From Candidatus Latescibacterota bacterium (GTDB lineage Bacteria > Latescibacterota > UBA2968 > UBA8231), in NCBI GenBank assembly GCA_965221775.1, contig CBDCSU010000006.1, positions 2,464,001 to 2,528,000 of the forward strand: a DNA stretch of 64,000 bases, in the 5' to 3' direction. The position numbers and the translations under genes are program-made. How positions within the stretch are numbered: the first letter of the stretch is position 1; each line of letters opens with the position of its first letter. Positions 1 to 8,070 of the stretch are shown piece after piece. Under the pieces are notes generated by a model. It was given only the letters and a program-made list of their open reading frames with translations. It was not told the DNA's origin and did not search any database.

Positions 1-2
1 CG

Positions 3-77
3 GCCAGCGGCGTTTACGTCTACCGCCTGGAAGCCCGGGAGTGGGCGGTGCACCGGCGCATGCTGCTGCTGCGCTGA
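3..77 (+). CDS. 3' end of a secreted protein with a T9SS type A / FlgD Ig-like C-terminal sorting domain (partial)
   Basis: Frame from position 3 reads ASGVYVYRLEAREWAVHRRMLLLR*, matching the 'ASGVYFYRL...RKMLLLK' C-terminal consensus. Confidence 0.75.
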   Translation, partial: ASGVYVYRLEAREWAVHRRMLLLR

Positions 78-91
78 GGGGAACGGATCAA

Positions 92-123
92 GCCTCGGCC
101 CCTGGAGGTTCAGGGGCCGGGGC
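92..123. terminator. GC-rich hairpin between convergent genes, possible terminator
   Basis: gcctcggcccctg-gaggtt-caggggccggggc; no U-tract. Confidence 0.35.
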
Positions 124-152
124 CGGGGGTGCGGAGGCCGGCCACGCGCCGA

Positions 153-410
153 TCAGCCGGGCAATCCGCGTTCGTCGTAGAGCAGATCGCCGTGCTCGGT
201 GGCGGAGGGGCCCGGCCCCAGGAGCCGGGCACAGCGCTCCGCGATGGCGCGCAGCTCCCTCTTGCGGGTCTCGACGCTGCGCTTCCGCTTCTCCCGCGCC
301 AGACGTTCCTGCAGGGCCACGGTGATCGCCCGGGTCTTGGTCTCGCCGGTCAGTCGGGCGAGCTCGCCGGCGAGCCGGCAGGTCTCGTCGTTCTTGATGT
401 TCAGGCTCAT
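153..410 (-). CDS. vapB: VapB-type antitoxin (Rv0623-like), no adjacent toxin
   Basis: MSLNIKNDETCRLAGELARLTGETKTRAITVALQERL...DLLYDERGLP, typical of this family. Confidence 0.85.
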   Translation of the reverse strand: MSLNIKNDETCRLAGELARLTGETKTRAITVALQERLAREKRKRSVETRKRELRAIAERCARLLGPGPSATEHGDLLYDERGLPG

Positions 411-459
411 TTCTGCCCCAGTCTAAGCGGCGCCGTCACCGCGCTCCACACCATCGCAG

Positions 460-1557
460 TCATTCGGACGGCAGGACCGGCGCCCCCTCGCCCGCCCCCC
501 GCACCGCCCCGGCCCCGGCGATGACCACCTCCATCGCCCGCAGGCCGTCCCGGTGGGTCACCGCGAAGGGCTCGCCGGTGCGGCAGCGGGCGACGAAGTC
601 GGCCACCTCGGCCTTGTAGGCATTCCCGAAGCGGCGGATGAAGACGGGCACGGGCTCGCCGTAGTCGCGCAGCTCGAAGGCGTGTTTCTCGATGACCTCG
701 TGGTCGCGGCCGAAGGCTTCCACCCGCGCCCGCAGGGGGTCCTCGTCGAAGTGGCCCACGTGGATCAGGCCCTCGGCGCCGTAGATGAAGGTCTCGTTGC
801 GGTAGCCGGCGACGTGGTTGCGGCTCACCTGGATCTGGGCCGTCGCCTCGTCGCCGAACCACATCTGCACGAAGACGTCGTCGAAGTCCTCCTCCACGAC
901 GCCGGGGATGCGCTGGTTGTGCAGGCGCGCGCCGACGCCGGTGATCGCCGTGGGCGCGCCGCCGCCGAGCCAGAGGATCTCGTCGGCGTTGTGCACGGCC
1001 ATGTCCGCCAGTAGTCCCGGGCTCTGGTAGCCCGGGGGCGGCGGCTCGGGGTCCTCCAGCACGGAGACGGTCTTGAAGAGGCGGCCGATGGCGTTGGCGC
1101 GCAGCAGCTCCCGGGCCCGCAGAAGGGCCTCGTCGTAGCGCCGCTGGAAGGCGAGCATCACCGCCCGGCGGCGGGCCTCGTCGGCCTCGAGCCAGGCCGC
1201 CAGGTCGCGGGCCTCCTCGAGGGAGTCGGCCAGGGGCTTCTCGAGCAGCACCCGGCCGCCGGCATTCACCATCGCCTCGGTGTCGCGCCGGTGGTCCCGT
1301 GTGCGCGAGGCGATGACGGCGGCGTCGGCCACACCGGCGTCGGCCAGGGCCTCCGCCGAGTCGAAGGCGGCCACCGGCTCTCGCCCGCCCTCGCTCAACC
1401 GCGCCGCAACCCGCTGCGCCGTGTCCCCGTGGCGGTCGGCCACGGCCACCAGGCGGCAGGCGCCGGTCTCGGCCCCCACCTCCTGCACGTGCCGGGCGTG
1501 GAAGAGGCCGATCCGCCCGACGCCGATGGCGGCGACTCGCAGTGGATCCGGGGTCAT
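460..1557 (-). CDS. Gfo/Idh/MocA oxidoreductase (inositol 2-dehydrogenase-like)
   Basis: GVGRIG Rossmann motif, EKP, FQRRYD, DMAVH. Confidence 0.85.
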   Translation of the reverse strand: MTPDPLRVAAIGVGRIGLFHARHVQEVGAETGACRLVAVADRHGDTAQRVAARLSEGGREPVAAFDSAEALADAGVADAAVIASRTRDHRRDTEAMVNAGGRVLLEKPLADSLEEARDLAAWLEADEARRRAVMLAFQRRYDEALLRARELLRANAIGRLFKTVSVLEDPEPPPPGYQSPGLLADMAVHNADEILWLGGGAPTAITGVGARLHNQRIPGVVEEDFDDVFVQMWFGDEATAQIQVSRNHVAGYRNETFIYGAEGLIHVGHFDEDPLRARVEAFGRDHEVIEKHAFELRDYGEPVPVFIRRFGNAYKAEVADFVARCRTGEPFAVTHRDGLRAMEVVIAGAGAVRGAGEGAPVLPSE

Positions 1558-1573
1558 CGGGCCTGGCCCCGCC

Positions 1574-2461
1574 TCACTCCCAGTACTTGCCGTAGAGGGT
1601 CCAAAGGCGCGCCCGCGCCTCGGGGCTGATCGCCTCCGGGGCCGTGATCACGGCGAATCGGGCGGAGCCGTGGCACTCGCAGTCGGCGGCGGCCGGCAGC
1701 CGCCCCGAGAAGCTGCGCACGATGCGGCAGCCCAGCTCGGCGTTGGCCCGCAGGATCTCGACCACCGTCTCCACCGAGACGTTCTCCTCGGTCTCGTGCC
1801 AGCAGTCGTAGTCGGTGCCCATGGCCAGCAGGGCGTAGCAGAGCTCCGCCTCGCGGGCCAGCTTGGCCTCGGGGATGGCGGTCATGCCGATGACCGTGGC
1901 GTCCACGGCGCGGCGGTAGAAGTGGGACTCGGCCTTCGTCGAGAACTGCGGCCCCTCCATGCAGACGTAGGTGCCGCCTTCGTGCACGGTGGCGCCGCAC
2001 TCCCGGGCCGCCGCCGCCAGGCAGGCGGTCATCCCGCCGCCGCAGAAGGGGTCGGCCAGCGACACGTGGCCGGCGATGCCGTCACCGAAGAAGGTCGCCG
2101 GCCGCAGGCCGCGGGTGCGGTCGAAGATCTGGTCGGGGATGACCATGTCTCCGGGCCGGATGTGCTCCTTCATGATGCCCACGGCGCTCACCGCCAGCAG
2201 GTGGGTGACGCCCGCCGACTTCATGGCGTGGATGTTGGCGCGGTAGGGGACCTCGGAGGGCAGCAGCCGGTGGCCGCGGCCGTGGCGGGGGAGGAAGAAC
2301 ACGGTGCGGCCGTCGATGAGGGTTTCCACCAACAGGTCGGAGGGCGGGCCGAAGGGGGTCTCGATCTCGTGCTCGCCGACGACTTCGGCGCCCTCCATCT
2401 GGTAGACCCCGGAGCCGCCGATGACGCCGAGCTTCACGGGGGCGCCGCCGGAGGGCGTCAT
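1574..2461 (-). CDS. mtnP: S-methyl-5'-thioadenosine phosphorylase
   Basis: GVIGGSG, TPFGPPS, LPRHGRGH, YRANI, EGPQFSTKAES, IGMTAIPEAKLAREAE, TDYDCWH; start set at ATG 2461 overlapping the upstream stop. Confidence 0.9.
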   Translation of the reverse strand: MTPSGGAPVKLGVIGGSGVYQMEGAEVVGEHEIETPFGPPSDLLVETLIDGRTVFFLPRHGRGHRLLPSEVPYRANIHAMKSAGVTHLLAVSAVGIMKEHIRPGDMVIPDQIFDRTRGLRPATFFGDGIAGHVSLADPFCGGGMTACLAAAARECGATVHEGGTYVCMEGPQFSTKAESHFYRRAVDATVIGMTAIPEAKLAREAELCYALLAMGTDYDCWHETEENVSVETVVEILRANAELGCRIVRSFSGRLPAAADCECHGSARFAVITAPEAISPEARARLWTLYGKYWE

Positions 2462-3357
2462 CGCTCTCGCCCCGCGCCTCCGGCGGAGAGGCCGAGCAGC
2501 CCGAGGGAGTCGCGCTCGATGATCGCCTCGATGGCGTCGGGGTCCACCCTGGGCAGCGCCGTGCCCTCGACGATGTCGTTGACGGCGCGCAGGCGCTCGA
2601 TCGACTCGCCCACCTCGGTGATCGGCCAGTCGCTGCCGAAGAGGATCTTGTCGAGGACGTTCCACTCCGAGGCCTTGACCATCTGCTCCCAGAAGGAGAA
2701 GGGCCGGTAGAAATTGGCGGAGAGGTCGGCGTAGACGTTCGGGTGCTTGCGGACGACGACGCAGGTCTCCACCTGCCAAGGGTGGCCGAGATGGGCCATG
2801 ATCATGCGCAGCTCCGGGTAGCGCATGGCGATCTCGTCGATGACGAGGGGATGGGCGTAGCGGATCGGCGCGTCCTGCACCGGCGAGGTGCCCTGGTGCA
2901 GCATGATGGGCAGGCCGTGGCGCTGGGCGTAGTCGTAGACGGCCAGGGCCCGCGGCTCGAGGGGGTCGAAGTTCTGGTAGTTGGCGCCGAGCTTGACGCC
3001 CTGCATGCCCAGGTCGGCGCGGCAGCGCTCCAGCTCGTCGAGGCAGCCGGGGTCGAAGGGGTGGACGGCGGCGAAGCCGATGAGCCGGCCGGGGTGGGCG
3101 GCGGCGAACTCGGTGACGGCGTCGTTGATGTTGCCCTGCGACCAGTCCGGGTCGGCGGGATAGGCGGCGCCCCCGGGGCTCATGGCGATGCCGAAGACGA
3201 CGGAGACCTCGGCCGGCGCCTGGCCGGCGAAGTAGTCCTGCCAGGTGGTGGTGACGTTCACGGCGCGGTCGGGGCGCCACTTGTCGTTGAGTTCGGGCTC
3301 GGCCCCCGGAGGCAGCTCCCGGTGCCGGGGCGGGTGGGTGTGGATGTCGACGATCAT
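2458..3357 (-). CDS. Amidohydrolase family protein (Amidohydro_2)
   Basis: DIHTH, LHQG, MAHLGHP, LFGSDWP. Confidence 0.85.
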   Translation of the reverse strand: MIVDIHTHPPRHRELPPGAEPELNDKWRPDRAVNVTTTWQDYFAGQAPAEVSVVFGIAMSPGGAAYPADPDWSQGNINDAVTEFAAAHPGRLIGFAAVHPFDPGCLDELERCRADLGMQGVKLGANYQNFDPLEPRALAVYDYAQRHGLPIMLHQGTSPVQDAPIRYAHPLVIDEIAMRYPELRMIMAHLGHPWQVETCVVVRKHPNVYADLSANFYRPFSFWEQMVKASEWNVLDKILFGSDWPITEVGESIERLRAVNDIVEGTALPRVDPDAIEAIIERDSLGLLGLSAGGAGRER

Positions 3358-4421
3358 CGGCTCTCCTCCGGAAGGGGCAGGTCGACGCGCAGCTTGTCGG
3401 CCCACTGCCGGACCTGCCGCCAGGTCTCGTCGTCGACGGAGATGCCCTCCTTCTGCCGGCGCCGCTGCACCTGGCCCTCGATCTCGCCCGGCAGGAGGAT
3501 GCCGTCGAAGCCGGCCGCCGGCGGCGACGACTTCACGTGGGCGAAGAAGCGCTCCGCGTGGCGGTGGAACTCGTCGAGGGGCAGGAAGCGCTCCACGTCG
3601 AGGGCGATGAGCAGGACGCCGTTGCCGAGGGGCTGGCCGCCGCCGATGCAGCCGGTGCCGCTCAGGGCGCCGGCGAGCAGCTCCAGGGCGACGTTGAGGC
3701 CGTACCCCTTGTGGCCGGCGGCGCTGCCGCCCAGGGGCAGGATGCTGCCCCGCGGCTCCCCGTAGAGGACGTTCGGATCCGTCGTCGGCCGGCCCTCCGC
3801 GTCGATCAGCCAGCCTTCGGGGACCGGTTCCCCGCGGTTGCTCTGGACCCGCACCTTGCCCTCGGCCACCACCGTGGTGGTCATGTCGAGGACCACGGGG
3901 TCGCCGTCGGAGCGCGGGGCCCCGAAGGCCAGGGGGTCGGTGGCGAGGCGGGCCTCGGTGCCGCCCCAGGGGGCCATGCGGTAGGCGGGGATGCCGACGG
4001 CGTTGACCAGGAGCAGGGCCGCCAGGTCGCGGCGGGCGAGGCGCTCCACGTAGCTGCCCAGGCGGCCGATGTGGCTGGCGCCGCGCACGGTGACGGCGGC
4101 GAGGCCGTGGCCGGAGGCCTTCTCGGAGGCGAGTTCGACGGCCCGGGTCATGGCCACCTGGCCGAAGCCCCAATGGCCGTCGAGGACGGCGGTGATCGAC
4201 GTCTCGCGCGCGACCTCGACCTCGGCGGCGGGATCGATGCGGCCGTCCTCGATGGCGGCGAGGTACTGGGGGACGCGGATGAGGCCGTGGGAGTCGTGGC
4301 CGGCGCAGTTGGCCTCGGCGAGGAGGCCGGCCACGGTGCGCGCGTCCTCGGGGGAGGTGCCGGCGGCGGCGAAGAGAGCGGCGGCGGCGTCGGCGATCTG
4401 GTCCATCGTCAGGGTCGGCAT
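3354..4421 (-). CDS. Ldh_2 family (malate/lactate/ureidoglycolate) dehydrogenase
   Basis: GHDSHG, DGHWGFGQ, HIGRLG, DMTTTVVAEGK, GHKGYGL, LPGE; alternative start at 4427. Confidence 0.88.
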   Translation of the reverse strand: MPTLTMDQIADAAAALFAAAGTSPEDARTVAGLLAEANCAGHDSHGLIRVPQYLAAIEDGRIDPAAEVEVARETSITAVLDGHWGFGQVAMTRAVELASEKASGHGLAAVTVRGASHIGRLGSYVERLARRDLAALLLVNAVGIPAYRMAPWGGTEARLATDPLAFGAPRSDGDPVVLDMTTTVVAEGKVRVQSNRGEPVPEGWLIDAEGRPTTDPNVLYGEPRGSILPLGGSAAGHKGYGLNVALELLAGALSGTGCIGGGQPLGNGVLLIALDVERFLPLDEFHRHAERFFAHVKSSPPAAGFDGILLPGEIEGQVQRRRQKEGISVDDETWRQVRQWADKLRVDLPLPEESR

Positions 4422-4491
4422 GCGCATAGAATCGGGGGTGGCGCCCCCTTCGGCAACGGCCCCCGGCGAACCGCTATATTCCCACCCCCCC

Positions 4492-6921
4492 ATGCCGACG
4501 GACACCGACACCCTCGTACAGATCCCCGTTCGCGACCTGGTCGCCTTCGTGCTGCGCTCCGGCGACCTGGGGTCCGCCTTCCTCTCCGCCAACCGGGCCG
4601 TCGAGGGCACGCGGGGCCACCGCTTCGTGCAGGACCAGCGGCCGGAGGAGTACCGCAGCGAGGTGCCGGTGCGCTGCACGGTCGACGCCGGCGGCTCCCT
4701 CTCCCTGCAGATCACGGGGCGCGTCGACGGCGTCCTCCACGACGGCGGCGACCTGCTGGTGGAGGAGATCAAGACCACCTACGGCGCCCTCGAGGAGCGC
4801 CCCGACAACCCCCTGCACTGGGGACAGGCCAAGACCTATGCCCACATCCTGGCGCGGGACCTGCGGCCGCAGCGCGTCGAGGTGCGGCTCACCTACGTGC
4901 AGCTCGACAGCGGCCAGGTGCTGGAGGACGGGCGCCCCTTCACGCCGGAGGAGCTGGCCGCCTTCTTCGACGATCTCGTGGGCCGCTACCTGCACTGGGC
5001 CCGGGCCTGGCACGAGTGGTGCGGCCGGCGGGACGCATCCATCGCGGACCTCGCCTTCCCCTTCCCGGAATACCGCCCCGGCCAGCAGGAACTGTCCGAG
5101 GCGGTGCGCGAGACGATCGCCTCCGAGGGGCGGCTCTTCGCCATGGCCCCCACCGGCATCGGCAAGACGATGTCCGTCCTCTTCCCGGCGGTGCGGGCCC
5201 TGGGCGAGGGCCAGGTGGAGAAGGTCTTCTACCTCACCGCCAAGACCAGCGGCCGCACCGTGGCCGAGAGCGCCCTCGACGACCTGCGCGCCTCCGGCCT
5301 GCGCCTCAAGTCGTGCACCATCACCGCCCGCGACCGCATCTGCTTCAACGCCCGCGGCGGCCGCCCCTGCGACATGGAGACGTGCGAGTACGCCCTCGGC
5401 TACTACGACCGCGTCAACGACGCCCTCGAGGACGCCTTCCGCACCCACGACGACTTCACGCGAGCCCACATCGAGGAGACGGCCCGCAAGCACACGGTCT
5501 GCCCCTTCGAGCTGGGACTCGACCTCTCCCTGCTATCCGACGTCCTCATCTGCGACTACAACTACGTCTTCGATCCCAAGGCCTATCTCAAGCGCTACTT
5601 CCTCGAGTCCAGCGGCGACTACGCCTTCCTCGTCGACGAGGCCCACAACCTCGTGGAGCGCGCCCGCGACATGTACTCGGCCGAGATCCGCCGCGGCGAG
5701 GTGCGGGCCATGATCAAGGCCCTGGGCGAATCGCAGCCGGCCATCGTCCACGTCCTCGGCACCCTCGACCTCTACCTGGCGGCCCAGGTGCGCCGCTGCG
5801 ACGACGAGGGCGACGGCCGCGGCTGGCTGGACCGCGAGCCCCCCGAGGACCTGCTGCCCCTGCTTACGCGGATCCAGGCCGAGATCGAGCCGGTCCTGGC
5901 CAGGAACCGTCCGGCGCCGTGGCGCGAGGCTTTGACCGACCTGTTCTTCACCATCGCCGCCTTCCTGCGCGTGGCCGACCTCTTCGACGGCCGCTACGTC
6001 ACCTACGGCGAGAAGCGGGGCCGCGGCGACCTGCTGCTGCGCCTGTTCTGCCTCGACCCGTCGGGCCGCATCGGGCAGTCCCTCGAGCGCGGCCGCTCGG
6101 CGACCTTCTTCTCCGCCACCCTCACCCCCCTCGACTACTTCCGCCGGCTCCTCGGCGGCGGACGCGAGGACTTCGCCCTGCAGCTCGACTCGCCCTTTCC
6201 GCGGGAGAACCTGCTGGTCATGGTGGCCGACCACATCGACACCAGCTACCGCGGCCGGGGCCGCTCGTATGACGACGTGGCCGCCGCCATCGCCGCCGCC
6301 GTCGGCGGGCGCCGCGGCAACTACATGGTCTACTTCCCCTCCTACAAGTACCTGCAGGAGGTGCTGCCGCGGTTCGAGGCCGTGGCGCCGCCCGGCACCC
6401 TCGCCATGGCCCAGCTGCCGGGCATGAGGGAGGCGCAGAAAGAGCAGTTCCTCGGCCTCTTCCGGGTCGACAATCCGACCACCGTCGTCGGCTTCGCGGT
6501 CATGGGCGGCATCTTCGGCGAGGGCATCGACCTGGCGGGGGAGCGCCTCGTGGGGGCCGTCGTCGTCGGCGTCGGCCTGCCGCAGATCTGCCTGGAGCGG
6601 GACCTGATCCGCGGCTACTACGACGAGGAGGAGAACGCCGGCTTCGCCTACGGCTACGCCTACCCGGGGATGAACCGCGTCCTCCAGGCCGCCGGCCGCG
6701 TCATCCGCTCCGACACCGACCGCGGGCTGCTGCTGCTCGTGGACAAGCGGTTCTCGCGCGCCGACTACCGGGAGCTGTACCCGCCGTCCTGGGGCTCGCC
6801 GCGGGTCACGCGCAGCGACGCGGCGATCCGCGAGGAGGTGGGTGCCTTCTGGGGCGGCACCGCGGCGCCGGTGGTTGCGCCGTCGAGCCTGTTTGAAGCC
6901 CGCCCGGGAGGAACCCCGTGA
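4492..6921 (+). CDS. Rad3/DinG-family Fe-S ATP-dependent DNA helicase with N-terminal PD-(D/E)XK nuclease domain
   Basis: GRVDG...EEIKT, APTGIGKT, four Fe-S cysteines, DEAHN, FSATL, GEGID, QAAGRVIR. Confidence 0.9.
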   Translation: MPTDTDTLVQIPVRDLVAFVLRSGDLGSAFLSANRAVEGTRGHRFVQDQRPEEYRSEVPVRCTVDAGGSLSLQITGRVDGVLHDGGDLLVEEIKTTYGALEERPDNPLHWGQAKTYAHILARDLRPQRVEVRLTYVQLDSGQVLEDGRPFTPEELAAFFDDLVGRYLHWARAWHEWCGRRDASIADLAFPFPEYRPGQQELSEAVRETIASEGRLFAMAPTGIGKTMSVLFPAVRALGEGQVEKVFYLTAKTSGRTVAESALDDLRASGLRLKSCTITARDRICFNARGGRPCDMETCEYALGYYDRVNDALEDAFRTHDDFTRAHIEETARKHTVCPFELGLDLSLLSDVLICDYNYVFDPKAYLKRYFLESSGDYAFLVDEAHNLVERARDMYSAEIRRGEVRAMIKALGESQPAIVHVLGTLDLYLAAQVRRCDDEGDGRGWLDREPPEDLLPLLTRIQAEIEPVLARNRPAPWREALTDLFFTIAAFLRVADLFDGRYVTYGEKRGRGDLLLRLFCLDPSGRIGQSLERGRSATFFSATLTPLDYFRRLLGGGREDFALQLDSPFPRENLLVMVADHIDTSYRGRGRSYDDVAAAIAAAVGGRRGNYMVYFPSYKYLQEVLPRFEAVAPPGTLAMAQLPGMREAQKEQFLGLFRVDNPTTVVGFAVMGGIFGEGIDLAGERLVGAVVVGVGLPQICLERDLIRGYYDEEENAGFAYGYAYPGMNRVLQAAGRVIRSDTDRGLLLLVDKRFSRADYRELYPPSWGSPRVTRSDAAIREEVGAFWGGTAAPVVAPSSLFEARPGGTP

Positions 6922-6927
6922 GTGCGG

Positions 6928-6959
6928 CACCCGCCCGGCGCGCCATCGTCGCCGGCATG
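6928..6959 (+). repeat. 32-bp direct repeat, copy 1
   Basis: cacccgcccggcgcgccatcgtcgccggcatg, identical to 8081-8112. Confidence 0.95.
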
Positions 6960-6982
6960 CACAGATTCAACTGTCCGGGAGA

Positions 6983-8059
6983 ATGAAGATGAAAGTCGGA
7001 AAGTTCATGATGCCGTTGCATCCGCCGCAGAAGGACCGCACCCAGACCTTCGATGAAGACATCGAGTGCGTGTTGTGGGCCGAGGAACTGGGCTTCAGCG
7101 AAGCCTGGATCGGGCAGCACCACACCGCCACGTGGGAGCCGATCCCCGCCAACGATGTGTTCATCGCCCACGTCCTGCCGCAGACGGAGAGGATCCGGCT
7201 GGGCACGGGGGTCACCATCATGACCCAGCATCATCCGGCGAACGTGGCGGTTCGTCTCGCCTATCTCGATCACCTGTCCAAGGGACGGATCAACGTCGGC
7301 TTCGGGCAGGGGGGCGTGCCGACGGACTGGCCGCTCTTCGATTTGCCGGACCCGCGCATCCAGGGTCTGATGAACCTGGAGGCGATGGACATCGTCCTGA
7401 AACTGTGGACGGAAGAGGGTCCCTTCGAGTTCAAGGGGGATTACTGGAACGTCACCATGGCGGAGAGAGTCCCCGAACTCGGGCTGGGGGAGGTGCTGAA
7501 GCCGTATCAGAAGCCGCATCCGCCGATCGCCATGAGCATCGTCAAGGAGGAATCGATGGCAGCCACCACGGGCGGCCGGCGCGGGTTCCTGCCGATCAGC
7601 ATCAACATGGCGCCCTTCCACAAGGTGAAACGGCATTGGGAGGTGTACTGCGAGGGGGCCGCGGAAGGGGGCCGGCCCGAACCGGACCGGCGCGACTGGC
7701 GGATCTCGCGCAGCATCTGCGTGGGCGAGACGGACGCCGAGGCGCGGGAACACGCCCTCGGCGGCGCCTTTGCGGACTCGCTGGTCTACCTTCGCGGCAT
7801 GCTCGGGATCGCCAACATGCTGGACCTGCCCAAGAGGGACCCGGACATGTCCGATGCCGACCTCACGCGCGAGTACTTCATCGACGAGATCGCCATCGTC
7901 GGCAGTCCCGACACGGTGACCGCGCGCCTGCAGGAGCTGTACGACGTGACCGGCGGTTTCGGCACGGTGCTGATGATCGGCCACGACTGGGACGACAAGG
8001 CGAAGATGAAGCGCTCCATGGAACTGATGGCGAAGGAAGTCATCCCACGTCTTCCATAG
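6983..8059 (+). CDS. LLM-class flavin-dependent oxidoreductase (luciferase-like monooxygenase)
   Basis: FMMPLHPP, AEELGFSEAWIGQHH, IRLGTGV, HHPANVA, LDHLSKGR, VGSPDTV. Confidence 0.9.
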   Translation: MKMKVGKFMMPLHPPQKDRTQTFDEDIECVLWAEELGFSEAWIGQHHTATWEPIPANDVFIAHVLPQTERIRLGTGVTIMTQHHPANVAVRLAYLDHLSKGRINVGFGQGGVPTDWPLFDLPDPRIQGLMNLEAMDIVLKLWTEEGPFEFKGDYWNVTMAERVPELGLGEVLKPYQKPHPPIAMSIVKEESMAATTGGRRGFLPISINMAPFHKVKRHWEVYCEGAAEGGRPEPDRRDWRISRSICVGETDAEAREHALGGAFADSLVYLRGMLGIANMLDLPKRDPDMSDADLTREYFIDEIAIVGSPDTVTARLQELYDVTGGFGTVLMIGHDWDDKAKMKRSMELMAKEVIPRLP

Positions 8060-8070
8060 AAAGAGAGCCA

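Noticed and set aside
4492-6921. Type IV CRISPR CasDinG or Cas4 adaptation locus
   Set aside because: No cas genes or array in the window
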